Source of the DNA: Methanothermobacter thermautotrophicus str. Delta H
Lineage (GTDB): Archaea; Methanobacteriota; Methanobacteria; Methanobacteriales; Methanothermobacteraceae
Direction of reading: 5' to 3'
Length of the DNA: 32,000 nucleotides
Assembly: GCF_000008645.1 (NCBI RefSeq)
Contig: NC_000916.1
Coordinates: 720,001 to 752,000 of the forward strand
Shown: piece by piece, positions 20,996 to 32,000 of the stretch
Layout of the letters: each line of letters opens with the position of its first letter
How positions within the stretch are numbered: position 1 is the first letter of the stretch
Program-made: the position numbers and the translations under genes
Notes under the pieces: model-generated
The model's database searches: none
Seen by the model: only the letters and a program-made list of their open reading frames with translations
Told to the model about the DNA's origin: nothing

Positions 20996-22021
20996 ATGAC
21001 TTCAGTTAAAATATTCAGTGTCTCAGGGATACCCATTGAACTCGATTTCTCATTTCTACTGCTGATGCTGTTCATATACATCCTCGCCTACCTTGGATTC
21101 CTCTCAGTGAACCTTGCAGTTCTAATAACCCTTGTATTTGTAACCGTGGTGATACATGAACTGGCCCACTCCTACGTTGCCCTGAGGTTCGGTGTGAAGA
21201 TAAAGAGCATACTTCTGCTCCCCATCGGTGGGGTTTCAAGGATGGAGGAGATACCCCGCATCCCACGCCAGGAGTTCATGATATCAATCGCCGGGCCCCT
21301 CACAAATATACTCATGGCCCTCATCACAGCGGTCCCGCTCCTGTTTGGTCTGAAAGGAGCTGCTGCAAGTTTCGCAGGTGACTTCCTTGCTGTGAACCTG
21401 CTTCTTGCAATCTTCAACCTCATACCTGCCTTCCCGATGGATGGTGGCCGTATACTGAGGGCCATCCTGGCTGCGAGACTGAATTACATCAGGGCCACCC
21501 GGATAGCTTCGAACCTCGGAAAAATCATAGCGGTCCTGATGGCCGTAACCGGTCTCTTCTACAACTTCTTCCTGATACTCATCGGCTTCTTCATCTACAT
21601 CGGAGCAGAGCAGGAGTACCAGGCAACCCTCATCTCATCACTCCTGGAGGGTGTCAGGGTGGCAGATGTTATGACAGAGAACCCTGTGACTCTTCACCCT
21701 CATATGACGGTTAAGGAGGCCCTCGATGTGATGTTCCGTGAAAAGCACATGGGTTATCCTGTGACCGAGGCCGGTGAACTGAGGGGTATTGTTACCTTCC
21801 ATGATATATCTGATGCCAGCAGGGACCTCAGGGTGGAGGATGTCATGACAGGGGACGTTGTCACAGTGCGAGATGATGAGGAGGTTACAGGAGCCCTTGA
21901 GAAGATGAACCGGCTGCAGCTTGGAAGGCTCCCTGTGATGAGGGACGGTAAACTCACAGGTATAATTTCAAGAACAGATATAGTCAGAACACTCAACCTG
22001 ATGAACAAAAAAACAGAATAA
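20996..22021 (+). CDS. Site-2-protease-like (M50) membrane metalloprotease with C-terminal CBS pair
   Basis: VVIHELAHSYVALRFG (HExxH), NLIPAFPMDGGRILRA, two CBS motifs ending in VTFHDISDASRDLRVEDVMTGDVVTV and LTGIISRTDIVR. Confidence 0.92.
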   Translation: MTSVKIFSVSGIPIELDFSFLLLMLFIYILAYLGFLSVNLAVLITLVFVTVVIHELAHSYVALRFGVKIKSILLLPIGGVSRMEEIPRIPRQEFMISIAGPLTNILMALITAVPLLFGLKGAAASFAGDFLAVNLLLAIFNLIPAFPMDGGRILRAILAARLNYIRATRIASNLGKIIAVLMAVTGLFYNFFLILIGFFIYIGAEQEYQATLISSLLEGVRVADVMTENPVTLHPHMTVKEALDVMFREKHMGYPVTEAGELRGIVTFHDISDASRDLRVEDVMTGDVVTVRDDEEVTGALEKMNRLQLGRLPVMRDGKLTGIISRTDIVRTLNLMNKKTE

Positions 22022-22107
22022 CCAGGATCAAAAAACTCGAGCGATGAAAAACCGAATGGATATGATGTACAGAATGGATGAACACCGATAAACAGGGGAT
22101 CAGGATC

Positions 22108-23715
22108 ATGAAGGACGCGTCACGCCTCATAATCAATGGAATAATTTCAGGTGAAATAAGGACAAGGAAGGACCTTGAGAGGTTCAAGCACAGGGTCTGC
22201 CGTGAAATGGGACTTGAGAGATTCATGAGCAACTCTGAAATCCTTGAACATGCGACTCCGGAGGAGAAAAAGGTTATAGAGGGCCTCTTGAGAAAAAAAC
22301 CCACAAGGACCATCTCAGGGGTTGCTGTCGTCGCTGTAATGTGCCAGCCCCGGGAATGCCCCCATGGGAGGTGCCTGTACTGTCCAGAGAGTGAAAAGGC
22401 ACCTCCCAGTTACACTGGAGAGGAACCTGCAGCCCTGAGGGCCAGGATGTACGATTTCCACCCCTACAGGCAGGTTTACAACCGCCTGGAGCAGCTCCAC
22501 AGCATAGGTCACCCCGTGGATAAGGTTGAACTCATAGTTATGGGGGGGACCTTCCCCTCCCACAGCCTCTGCTACCAGGAGTGGTTCATCTCCATGTGCC
22601 TCAAGGCCATGGTGGACTTCGGGGCGGAACTCAGGGGCATCAGGGTGGATGTGCCAGAACACCATGGATACGTGAAGGTTGAGGACGCCCAGAGACTAAA
22701 CGAGTCCTCGCCGGTGAGATGCGTTGGCATGACCTTCGAGACAAGACCAGACTACTGCAGGGAGGAGGACGTGGACAGGATGCTGGGCCTGGGAGTTACC
22801 AGGGTCGAGCTGGGAGTTCAGACCATATACAACTACATCTACCAGCGGATCAAGAGAGGCCACAGCATAAGGGATGTGGTGGAATCCAACAGGATCCTCA
22901 GGGACTCCGGGGTGAAGGTTGCCATGCACCTGATGCCTGGCCTGTTCTCAGACTTTGAAAGGGACCTGCGCATATTCAGGAGGATATTCAGGGACCCCTC
23001 CTTCAGACCGGATATGATCAAGATATATCCCTGCCTTGTGACCCGTGGCAGCGAACTCTACAGCCTATGGGAGAGGGGCCTCTATAAGCCCTACTCCACT
23101 GAGGAGGCGGTTGAACTTATCGTGGAGATAAAGAAGATGATGCCGAAGTGGGTGAGGACCATGAGGATACAGAGGGATATTCCCTCACGGCTCATAGTGG
23201 ACGGTGTCAGGAAGTCCAATCTCGGTGAAATGGTCTACAGGCGCCTGGAGGAGGAGGGGGTGAGGTGCAGGTGTATAAGGTGCCGTGAGGTTGGACACAT
23301 GTCAAGGAGGGGTGTGAGGGTCGACGAGGATGCTGTTACCCTCATGGTGGAGGAGTACGCAGCCACCGGGGGGCGGGAGTTCTTCCTCTCCCAGGAGGAC
23401 CCTGAAAATGACGTCCTTGTGGGTTTCCTGAGGCTGAGGTTCCCATCAGAGGAGGCCCACCGCCCCGAGGTCGATGATAAAACAGCCCTTGTAAGGGAAC
23501 TGCATGTATACGGTTCAATGCTCCCCATAGGAGAAAGGGGAGATGCCGTTGGTCAGCACAGGGGCTACGGTGAGGAGCTACTTGCAAGGGCAGAGTCCCT
23601 GGCTGCTGATAATGGAATGGAGAAGATACTTGTAACAAGTGGGATAGGTGCCCGTGAATACTACAGCAAATTCGGATACCTGAAGGAGGGCCCCTACATG
23701 GCAAAGAAACTTTAG
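22108..23715 (+). CDS. Archaeal Elp3-like radical SAM / GNAT tRNA-modifying enzyme
   Basis: [65 protein letters not shown]-terminal GNAT-like [30 protein letters not shown]; ATG 22108 chosen over 22078. Confidence 0.94.
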   Translation: MKDASRLIINGIISGEIRTRKDLERFKHRVCREMGLERFMSNSEILEHATPEEKKVIEGLLRKKPTRTISGVAVVAVMCQPRECPHGRCLYCPESEKAPPSYTGEEPAALRARMYDFHPYRQVYNRLEQLHSIGHPVDKVELIVMGGTFPSHSLCYQEWFISMCLKAMVDFGAELRGIRVDVPEHHGYVKVEDAQRLNESSPVRCVGMTFETRPDYCREEDVDRMLGLGVTRVELGVQTIYNYIYQRIKRGHSIRDVVESNRILRDSGVKVAMHLMPGLFSDFERDLRIFRRIFRDPSFRPDMIKIYPCLVTRGSELYSLWERGLYKPYSTEEAVELIVEIKKMMPKWVRTMRIQRDIPSRLIVDGVRKSNLGEMVYRRLEEEGVRCRCIRCREVGHMSRRGVRVDEDAVTLMVEEYAATGGREFFLSQEDPENDVLVGFLRLRFPSEEAHRPEVDDKTALVRELHVYGSMLPIGERGDAVGQHRGYGEELLARAESLAADNGMEKILVTSGIGAREYYSKFGYLKEGPYMAKKL

Positions 23716-23724
23716 GTGGTTAAA

Positions 23725-24390
23725 ATGAATGTGGAGACAAGGGAGGAACTTGCATCACTTATAGACCACACCAATGTGAGGGCTGATGCAACAGAAAATG
23801 ATATTGAGAGGCTATGCAGGGAGGCGGTCAGCTACGGCTTCAGGTGCGCGGTGGTCACACCCACCAATGTCAGGCTGGCGGCTGAACTCCTTGAGGGGAC
23901 CGATGTGACGGTCTGCTCAGTTGTTGGTTTCCCGGCAGGCGTCAGTACACCCCGCGTTAAGGCCCTTGAAGCCTCTGAGGCCGTTGAGAACGGGGCCGGT
24001 GAGGTGGACATGGTCATGAATATCGGGGCCATGAAGTCAGGCAATAGGGAGCTCGTATACAGGGATATCAGCGGCGTTGTTGATGCCGCCGGCGTCCCCG
24101 TCAAGGTTATACTTGAAACAGCCTATCTCACAGACAAGGAGAAGGTTGAAGCCTGCCTTATAAGTAAAGAGGCCGGTGCGGCATTTGTTAAAACATCAAC
24201 AGCCTATGGTGGACTAGCCGGCGCCACAGTTGAGGATGTGATGCTCATGCGGAAAACGGTGGGTGATGAGATGGGAGTCAAGGCATCTGGGGGAATAAGG
24301 GATCTTGAAACAGCCCTTGCGATGATAGATGCTGGGGCAGACAGGATCGGGACATCAACCGGTGTACAGATAATCGAGGGATGGAGGTAG
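23725..24390 (+). CDS. deoC: Deoxyribose-phosphate aldolase
   Basis: [100 protein letters not shown]; ATG at 23725 after TAGGTGG. Confidence 0.95.
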   Translation: MNVETREELASLIDHTNVRADATENDIERLCREAVSYGFRCAVVTPTNVRLAAELLEGTDVTVCSVVGFPAGVSTPRVKALEASEAVENGAGEVDMVMNIGAMKSGNRELVYRDISGVVDAAGVPVKVILETAYLTDKEKVEACLISKEAGAAFVKTSTAYGGLAGATVEDVMLMRKTVGDEMGVKASGGIRDLETALAMIDAGADRIGTSTGVQIIEGWR

Positions 24391-24396
24391 TGGCTG

Positions 24397-24759
24397 GTGA
24401 GGACCATGAGGATAAGGATAACCGTTGAGGGTAAGGGCCATGCCACCGGTGAACTTGATGATAGAAACCCCGAATCTGCAAGGAGAATCTATGATAGCCT
24501 TCCTATTGAGGGGAGGGCCCTCCTCTGGATGGAAGAGGTCTACTTTGACATACCCCTCGACCTTGACTATGAGAACCCCTCTGATAGTGCCTCCCCTGGT
24601 GACATCTCCTACTGGCCGCCCGGTTATGCCCTGTGCATCTTCTTTGGATCAACACAGCCCTATTCACCTGTGAACCACATAGGCAGGATAACCAAAAACC
24701 TTGAGCTCTTCTTCAGTGTGGATGAGGGTGACAGGATAATAATAGAAAGGGAAGAGTAA
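24397..24759 (+). CDS. Cyclophilin-like fold protein of unknown function
   Basis: ESARRIYDSLPIEGRALLWMEEVYFDIP...GDISYWPPGYALCIFFGSTQPYSPVNHIGRIT pattern; internal Met at 24406 also possible. Confidence 0.75.
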   Translation: MRTMRIRITVEGKGHATGELDDRNPESARRIYDSLPIEGRALLWMEEVYFDIPLDLDYENPSDSASPGDISYWPPGYALCIFFGSTQPYSPVNHIGRITKNLELFFSVDEGDRIIIEREE

Positions 24760-24867
24760 CCTGCTGAAAGGGGCTGAGCCTCCCTGAATTCCTCCCAATA
24801 GGAAGGAAAGCAGATCTATTACAATAGAAAAGGAAAGGTTTATTCGGAGAATTACATTACGGATGTG

Positions 24868-25971
24868 CTAGACGTCCTCTATCTCACGGTAAAGGGTGTC
24901 CCTTCTTGCAGGGATCCTTCCTATGTCCCTCACAACCCTTATTATTTCTTCAGGCTCTGTCCTCACACCATGTGATGCCCCGGCGGACTTTGAAATGTTC
25001 TCCTCACCAAGCGTGCCCCCTATGTCATTGGCACCTGAAAGGAGGGCCACCTGAGCAAATTTGAATCCCAGTTTAACCCATGAGGCCTGTATGTTCTCAA
25101 TGAGACCCCTGAACATGAGCCTGGATATTGCATAGACCTTGAGGTCGTCTGCACCCGTTGCTCCGGGCATTGCCAGCCCCTCACGGTAGATGGGTGCGTG
25201 TGGGTGCATGAAGGGGAGGGGTACGAACTCTGTAAAGCCCCCGGTCTTCTCCTGGATCCTCCTCAGTATATCCATGTGCTCAACACGGTGTTCAGGCCCG
25301 TCTATGTGACCATACATCATTGTGCAGGTGGTGGGTATCCCCACACGGTGAGCTGTCTCTATGACCTCAACCCACTCACCGGTACTCAGCTTGGTGGGGC
25401 ATATGACTGCCCTGACATCATCATCCAGTATCTCTGCAGCTGTTCCTGGCATTGAACCAAGGCCAGCCCTCTTAAGTATTTTCAGAGCCTCTTCAACCGT
25501 TAATTCAGCATTCTGAGCCCCATAATAGACCTCCATTGGGGAAAAGGAGTGGAGGTGGACATCCGGAAACTCGGATTTTATGGCCCTTATGAGGTCCTCG
25601 TAGAAGTAGGTGTCGAGGCCTGGGTAGAGACCTCCCTGTATGCACAGCTCCCTGGCCCCCTTCTCAATGGCCTCTGCTGCGATTTCAAGGATCCTTTCTG
25701 TTTCAAGGTAGTAGGAGTCACCATCCGCAGCATCCCTTTTGAATGCACAGAACCCGCACTGCCCCGAGCATATGTTGGTGAAGTTTATATTCCAGTTCTC
25801 GATGTAGGTTATCCTGTCACCGGCTTCAGCCTCCCTAACCATATCTGCAGCTATCATAAGGGCCTGGAGATCCCTGCCGGTTACTCCCATCAAATAAAGG
25901 GCTTCTTCCTTTGTGATTGGCTCATCCATCGCCTTCTGAAGTATTTTTTTTGTGCGGGTTTTGATGTTCAT
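24868..25971 (-). CDS. cofH: 5-amino-6-(D-ribitylamino)uracil--L-tyrosine 4-hydroxyphenyl transferase CofH (F420 biosynthesis)
   Basis: Radical [77 protein letters not shown]; start chosen at 25971 ([11 protein letters not shown]). Confidence 0.95.
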   Translation of the reverse strand: MNIKTRTKKILQKAMDEPITKEEALYLMGVTGRDLQALMIAADMVREAEAGDRITYIENWNINFTNICSGQCGFCAFKRDAADGDSYYLETERILEIAAEAIEKGARELCIQGGLYPGLDTYFYEDLIRAIKSEFPDVHLHSFSPMEVYYGAQNAELTVEEALKILKRAGLGSMPGTAAEILDDDVRAVICPTKLSTGEWVEVIETAHRVGIPTTCTMMYGHIDGPEHRVEHMDILRRIQEKTGGFTEFVPLPFMHPHAPIYREGLAMPGATGADDLKVYAISRLMFRGLIENIQASWVKLGFKFAQVALLSGANDIGGTLGEENISKSAGASHGVRTEPEEIIRVVRDIGRIPARRDTLYREIEDV

Positions 25972-26093
25972 GGTGCCAAACATGCGATTTAGTATCTGGT
26001 TATGCAAGTTTAAAATTTTTGGTTTTGGTGAGATCCACACCCATTCAACCCCATATGGTCCATGTGGTCCATTAATCACCCGTAACCAATAAA

Positions 26094-26101
26094 TTTAAAT
26101 A
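26094..26101 (+). promoter_or_regulatory. Probable TATA box of the histone gene
   Basis: AT-rich TTTAAATA about 40 bp before the histone ATG, with GGAGGTGA RBS between. Confidence 0.5.
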
Positions 26102-26135
26102 TTAGAGCGTACCAGCTTAATTTGGAGGTGAAATT

Positions 26136-26342
26136 ATGGCTGAATTACCAATTGCACCAGTAGGTAGAATAATAAAAAATGCCGGTGCCCAGAGAATAAG
26201 TGATGATGCAAAAGAGGCTTTAGCAAAGGCCCTTGAAGAAATGGGTGAAGAAATCTCACGCAAAGCCGTTGAACTTGCAAAACACGCCGGCAGAAAAACT
26301 GTTAAAGCCACAGACATAGAAATGGCCGCTAAACAGTTATAA
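26136..26342 (+). CDS. hmtA1: Archaeal histone (HMf/HMt type)
   Basis: 68 aa [68 protein letters not shown]; RBS GGAGGTGA at 26122-26129 region. Confidence 0.95.
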   Translation: MAELPIAPVGRIIKNAGAQRISDDAKEALAKALEEMGEEISRKAVELAKHAGRKTVKATDIEMAAKQL

Positions 26343-26513
26343 TTAGATCTTATTACTACTATTTATTTATTTTTAGGGACACTGCAAATTTTAATCTAAT
26401 TTTAGGGCCTCTACTTCCTGATTGTATCTCCATTCCCCTTCTGTATCTGCAATAAAGATATATAACTGATGCTAATATATTATTACTGGTATAAGCAGTG
26501 AGGTGATTTTTTT

Positions 26514-27005
26514 ATGTCAACAATGGATAACCTGAAGGAAGCCTTTGCAGGGGAGTCCCAGGCAAACAGAAAGTACCTTGCCTTTGCAAAGAAGGCAGAT
26601 GAAGAGGGATACCACCAGGTCGCAAAGCTCTTCCGTGCAGCCGCAGCGGCAGAGACCGTCCATGCAATGAACCACCTTGATGCCATGGATGCTGTCAGGA
26701 GTACCGAGGAGAACCTCAGGGAGGCAATAGAGGGAGAAACAGCTGAATTCGAGGATATGTACCCTGGTTTCATTGAGGAGGCCGAAGCCGAAGGTCATGA
26801 ACAGGCCCGCTGGAGCTTCGACGTTGCAAACAGGGTTGAAAAGATCCATGCAGAGCTGTACAAGAAAGCCCTGGAGAACCTTGGAAGTAACGTTGAGGTG
26901 GACTACTACGTCTGCAACTGGTGCGGTAACACCGTTGAGGGCGAGGCTCCTTCAAGGTGCCCTATCTGTGGAGCTCCAAAGGACGAGTTCAAAAAGATAG
27001 ATTAA
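26514..27005 (+). CDS. Rubrerythrin
   Basis: FAGESQANRKYLAFAKKADEEGYHQ, N-terminal ferritin-like ExxH, C-terminal rubredoxin-like VCNWCGNTVEGEAPSRCPICGAPKDEFKKI. Confidence 0.96.
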   Translation: MSTMDNLKEAFAGESQANRKYLAFAKKADEEGYHQVAKLFRAAAAAETVHAMNHLDAMDAVRSTEENLREAIEGETAEFEDMYPGFIEEAEAEGHEQARWSFDVANRVEKIHAELYKKALENLGSNVEVDYYVCNWCGNTVEGEAPSRCPICGAPKDEFKKID

Positions 27006-27064
27006 CCTAAACCTTTCTTTTATGCCGCAGCAGATTAAAGGCACAGAAACTTTGTATTAATGCC

Positions 27065-29195
27065 CTAACCAGAATTATTGAGGACCAGACCCTTCTCTGT
27101 AAATGTTATCCTGAATGTTGTCCCCCCATCTGAAATCATCTCGACCTTCCCATCGATCTGTTCAGTGAGGCTTTCTTACAAGCTGCAGTCCGAGTGATGG
27201 GCTGCTCTCCCAGTCAATATCCTCTGGAAAACCTGCGCCATCATCACTGACCTCAAGGGTAACCGTGCCGTTCCTCTTCCTGAGGGAAACCGTTACCGTG
27301 CCCTCCCCATCCGGGAATGCATGCTTCACAGCATTTGTTAAAAGTTCATTGACTATGAGGCCCAGGGGGACAGCAGTCTCCACATCAACCTTTAATTCAT
27401 CTATCTCCAGCTTCAGCCGGATACGTGAATCTGCAGAGTAACTCCTGAATATCTCTGATGCGAGTCTGCCCAGGTATTCTGCAAGGTCAATGTTCTTCAG
27501 ATCCTCTGAACGGTAAAGTCGCTCATGGATCAGGACCATGGACCGGGTCCTGTTTTCGCTCTCCCTGAAAAGATCCATGGTCTCCCTGTCCTTGGCCTGT
27601 CGGGACTGGAGGCTGAGGAGGCTTGATATTATCATGAGGTTGTTCTTGACTCTGTGGTGGATCTCCTTGAGGAGAAGTTCCTTCTCAGCAAGGGACTTCT
27701 CAAGCATGCTCTGGGTCCTCTTGAGGTCAGAGATGTCATTTAATACAATCAGGAGGCATTCCCTTCCCTCTGCGTGTATGAGCTTGTTGTATATCCTCAC
27801 GGTGTATTCCCTTCCATATGGATCTGTAAGGACCATCTCATAGGGTTCCAGAGTGCCATCCCTCTCTATCACTTCAATTTTGGACCTGAATTCCGTCTTA
27901 ACATCATCAGAAAGGAATTCCAGTTCATAGATGGATCTTCCCCTCAGTTCCTCTGATGGAATTCCAAGGGTCCCGGCGAGGGTTGAGTTCACATCAAGTA
28001 TCCTCCCATCCTCAGGATCCAGGAGGAGTATGTATTCTGGTGAAAGGTCAAATAGGGATCTGTATTTCTCCTCACTCTCCCGCAGTCTCCTTTCGTTCTC
28101 CAGTCTCTGGGTTATATCCCTTGCAACCGATACAGCCACCTTCATCTCTCCAAGTTCAAGTAGCCTTGAGTTAACCTCAACAGGTATCCTCCTGCCATCC
28201 CTGGAGATATAGGTTCTGTTGAATGTCACCTTCCCACTTCTGAGGAGGTTTTTTATGATATCATATGACTGTTCCCTGCTCACCCCCATATCAGCAGGTG
28301 TCATCCTGAGGAGTTCATCCCTGGAATAGCCCAGCTTTTCAACTGCCGCCCTGTTAACCTCAATATATTTACCGGGAAGACCATTTTCCCTGATCTCCAC
28401 GATGGTTATTATGTCCTCAACTCCATCGAAAACCGCTCTGAATTTCCTTTCACTTTCAATCAAGGCATTTTCTGCCATTTTTCTTTCCGTTACATCCCTT
28501 ATGACGGCTGTTATAAATTTTTCATCCATATAATTCCAGCTGAAGACAGATATCTCCAGCGGCACCCTTGTTCCATCCTTCCGTACACCCTCAACATCTG
28601 TTACCATGATGGAAATTTCTCTGTCAATAATCCTGTTGAAATCGTGTTTTTCAAGGTTTTCCTCCGTGATTATGGTGTCGATGTGCCTACCCATCATTTC
28701 AGCTGCTCTGTAACCAAATATCTTCTCCGCTGCACTGTTCCATGATACAATACTCCCATTCCCATCAACGGTTATTATGGCGTCCCTTGCAGATTCGACT
28801 ATTGTCCTGTATTTCTCCTCACTCTCTGCCAGTGCCTCCTCTGATTCCCCAATGGACTCTGATAGGATCACGGTGATGGCATTCACAAAGAACATCACAG
28901 ACAGACGCATGACATCATCCTGGAATCCACCGAGGGATGCGAGGGCATGAGTCACAAGGAGCACGGTGCCAAGAAAGGCCGTCACTATGAAGGACCTTCT
29001 CCCGAACCATACCGCAGCGAATACCATGGGTATGTAAAATAGGTGGGTGAATACTATCTCAACGCCGAGGATCATGTGAAAGTAGATGGTGGCTGCTGCG
29101 CAGAGTATGGTGAATGATGTGACAATTACCAGCCGGGCTCTTCTATTCCAGTATGATTGTATCTTTTCTGCAACAGGAAGACTCTTGTAGGTCAA
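27065..29195 (-). CDS. Membrane multi-PAS histidine kinase (HisKA_2-type); frame interrupted near C-terminus by an apparent single-base frameshift (literal ORF is 27162-29195)
   Basis: N-terminal TM segments, three PAS domains, LLKEIHHRVKNNLMIISSLLSLQSR, IVNELLTNAVKHAFPDG, DDGAGFPEDIDW, SLGLQLV; neighbouring frame continues SLTEQIDGKVEMISDGGTTFRITFTEKG; start codon is TTG in the track. Confidence 0.88.
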
Positions 29196-29555
29196 GAAAC
29201 ATCCCCCATCAAAGTGTACCAGCTTAATCAGATGATGATGTTAGATGTGATCACATGGATTTATGGTTTCAAGTTACATTATTCACAAGGTTATACTTAA
29301 AGTTAAACCATCAAATTTAACATTAGCTTAAATTGTTCCATGAACAGACATTACCATTGAATATCTAACAGAATCTGATGGGATAAATGAATCTTCAACG
29401 CTCCAATTCAAAATCGTATTGCTGCAGGAACTCCACCTGAGCTAATGTGTCCACCACACCCTTTACAGGCATAAAGGGTGTCTTTATCATCGGATCACCC
29501 CCCCCATGAAGGGAAAAGGTTATATATGACCACTTCCATACTTTAGAAGGAACAC

Positions 29556-29627
<72 letters not shown>

Positions 29628-29629
29628 TC

Positions 29630-29707
<78 letters not shown>

Positions 29708-29957
29708 ATAACCACCTCTATATTTTGAGTAAAGTCTTTGAGACCCTAAAAAATTAATTTATAGCAACTACTTATCAACTGACTCTTAAAAACCAGTTCT
29801 GTGACCAGCTTATCTGTGTTTATCAGAGATCGAGTTCATCTTCTAGTTTTACAGTGGTTTCCATGAAGAAGATCCAAAGCATATGATTAATCACTGAAAA
29901 CCCATCATTTTAAAAATCAGTCAGGAGAGGGCCGCAGAATCCATTGAATGAGGGATT

Positions 29958-31232
29958 CTAATCAGCCAGGAGGTATGTCCCTGTGGCATCCCTTATCCTG
30001 ACCCTCCTGAAGGACCCTGGCTCACCGGTTTCTGTAACAACCGGGATGTACGAACCCGTCCTTCCAATGAAACCCCCCTTCCTTCCCCTCTCAACAACGA
30101 GTATCTCCTGGAATGATCCCACCAGGCGTCTGTTTTCCTCCTCAGTTATCCTCATCTTGAGTTCCTCGAGGGCCCTGGAACGTCTGCGGAGTTCCCTGAA
30201 GTCTATCTCATCAAGTGAAGATGACCTGGCACGTGGGCGGTGCCGGTACTTTGAGAGGTGTATGAAGCTGGGTTTAACCTCCTCCAGGAGGCTGCATGTA
30301 TCCATGAAGTCCTCCCGCTCCTCTGTGGGGTAGCCAACGATTATGTCCGTTGCGATGGATATGTCGGGGATCTCTGACCTGAACCTTTCAACAATCATCC
30401 GGAACTCATCCACTGTGTGTCCCCTCTCCATATCTGCGAGTACACTATCACTGCCACTCTGCACCGGGAGATGAAGGAAGCTGTAGACCTTCTCTGATTT
30501 GAATGCCTCAACAAGTCCATCAAGATCCCTGAGGACGCTTGCAGGGTGCATCATACCCACACGTATCCTGAAATTCCCGGGGATCCCTGATATCCCCTTT
30601 ATGATGTCTGATAGCTTTTCGCCGGTATCCACCCCATAGGCGGCTGTGTCCTGTGCTGTGAGCTGTATCTCCCTGCAGCCACTGGCCACTGCCTCCCTTG
30701 CCTCACTGATGATGAGGTCCGATGGATAACTCTGGATTCTTCCCCTGGCAAACCGGGTGCAGCAGTAACTGCAGCTACCATTGCACCCCTCACATATCGG
30801 TATGATGTGTATAAGGGGATTTGACCTGACCCTTGGGACCTTCACCTTCACATCTGACGTGAATCCGGTTATGCGCTCAACCAGACCATTACTGGCGGCC
30901 CTGACAGCCTGCGGCGCCCTTCTCAGCTGGTGTGGCCCAAGCCATGATGCATCTCCCGAGATGGCTTCAAGTTTAGAGGGGTCTATTTCGACCATGCAGC
31001 CAGCCACAACGAGACCCTTCTCAGGGTAGGTCTCCTGTATCTTCTTTATCCTGTTTATAACCTTGTGCTCCGTGGGATGCTTAACATAGCATGTGTTGAT
31101 AATTATGACGTCAGCATCATCGATTCCTGTGAGCACAGCGCCCTCCTCCCGGAGGACGCCTGCCATGATCTCAGAGTCTGCCTGGTTGAATGTACATCCA
31201 AATGTCTCTATATAAACCCTGATACCATCCAT
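29958..31232 (-). CDS. MiaB-like / CDKAL1-type tRNA methylthiotransferase (N6-threonylcarbamoyladenosine methylthiotransferase)
   Basis: VYIETFGCTFNQADSEIMAG, PICEGCNGSCSYCCTRFARGRIQSYPSDLI radical SAM cluster, TDIIVGYPTEREEDF, C-terminal TRAM-like RTGSYIPVVTETGEPGSFRRVRIRDATGTYLLA. Confidence 0.93.
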   Translation of the reverse strand: MDGIRVYIETFGCTFNQADSEIMAGVLREEGAVLTGIDDADVIIINTCYVKHPTEHKVINRIKKIQETYPEKGLVVAGCMVEIDPSKLEAISGDASWLGPHQLRRAPQAVRAASNGLVERITGFTSDVKVKVPRVRSNPLIHIIPICEGCNGSCSYCCTRFARGRIQSYPSDLIISEAREAVASGCREIQLTAQDTAAYGVDTGEKLSDIIKGISGIPGNFRIRVGMMHPASVLRDLDGLVEAFKSEKVYSFLHLPVQSGSDSVLADMERGHTVDEFRMIVERFRSEIPDISIATDIIVGYPTEEREDFMDTCSLLEEVKPSFIHLSKYRHRPRARSSSLDEIDFRELRRRSRALEELKMRITEEENRRLVGSFQEILVVERGRKGGFIGRTGSYIPVVTETGEPGSFRRVRIRDATGTYLLAD

Positions 31233-31286
31233 TGGAAATCACTCTTTTAAATGTTAACCTGAAAAAATGGATTTGTGGTCTTCAGT

Positions 31287-31940
31287 TCAGTGGAATTTCC
31301 ATCCATGTTTCCCTATCAGCGGGACGAAGGCAACCCCGCCGAGATTTCTGGACCTGTAGTCGTCGGCGGAGGTCCTCTCAATCAGAACCAGTTCCTGATA
31401 GAATTTATCAGAACCCACAGGTATTAAAAGTTTTCCCCCTATCTCCAGCTGCTTCATGAGGGGATCCGGGATGTATGGTGCCGCTGCAGTCACGTATATC
31501 CTGCTGTAGGGTGCCTCATCAGCGAATCCCTGGCTGCCATCGCCGTGTATGACCGTTATGTTATCGTATCCGAGGCTTCTGAGTTTTTTGCGGGCCCTTT
31601 CATAGAGGATTCCTATCCTTTCAACGGTGTAGAGGTGTCCCTCGGGTCCTATGATTTCAGCTATAACAGCTGCATTGTAGCCGCAGCCGGTACCTATCTC
31701 AAGGACCTTCATCCCGGGTTCCAGGTCAAGGATCTCAGCTATCATGGCAACCATGTGGGGTGCCGATATGGTCTGACCCTCACCTATGGGGAGCGGCATG
31801 TCCATGTAGGCCCTGTGCATCTCATCCTCAGGGACAAACTCCTCCCTGGGCACCCTCTCCATGGCCCTCCTGACGGCCTCAGATTTTATGTATCCCCTCT
31901 CCATGAGGTCCTGAACCATTCTCCTTCTCTCATCCATCAT
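31287..31940 (-). CDS. pcm: Protein-L-isoaspartate O-methyltransferase
   Basis: RRRMVQDLMERGYI, VPREEFVPEDEMHRAYMDMPLPIGEGQTISAPHMVAMIAEIL, VLEIGTGCGYNAAV, YTVERIG, YSRIYVTAAAP. Confidence 0.95.
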   Translation of the reverse strand: MMDERRRMVQDLMERGYIKSEAVRRAMERVPREEFVPEDEMHRAYMDMPLPIGEGQTISAPHMVAMIAEILDLEPGMKVLEIGTGCGYNAAVIAEIIGPEGHLYTVERIGILYERARKKLRSLGYDNITVIHGDGSQGFADEAPYSRIYVTAAAPYIPDPLMKQLEIGGKLLIPVGSDKFYQELVLIERTSADDYRSRNLGGVAFVPLIGKHGWKFH

Positions 31941-32000
31941 GTGACCACAGCAGATCAGCCCCGAAGTCCCGGGATCACACCACCCTGTCTGTCAGGTCAT

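Overview
This 32 kb window looks like an ordinary chromosomal segment of a pseudomurein-walled thermophilic methanogen. The gene content and protein sequences closely match Methanothermobacter thermautotrophicus (recognised from memory, not searched). It is mostly housekeeping and biosynthetic: two tRNA clusters, HMG-CoA synthase/thiolase, thermosome, a minus-strand aroK-chorismate mutase-S17e-lysC-dapA-dapB-asd cluster, sppA, a thioredoxin-like protein, cbiD, moaC, Hel308, two DUF2115 paralogs, a membrane protease with CBS domains, an archaeal Elp3-like protein, deoC, cofH, histone, rubrerythrin, a PAS histidine kinase, a MiaB/CDKAL1-like methylthiotransferase and pcm. I found no CRISPR array, transposon, defence island or clearly new multigene system. 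The most unusual signals are: (1) a perfect 3 x 58 bp tandem repeat at the cbiD-moaC junction that triplicates the moaC ribosome-binding site and start, creating two 8-codon mini-ORFs; (2) single-base frameshifts truncating the C-termini of dapA and of the PAS histidine kinase, with the expected C-termini readable in the neighbouring frame; (3) a host-encoded pseudomurein-binding-repeat plus transglutaminase-like protein, a candidate wall autolysin; and (4) co-location of aspartate-semialdehyde and aromatic biosynthesis genes.
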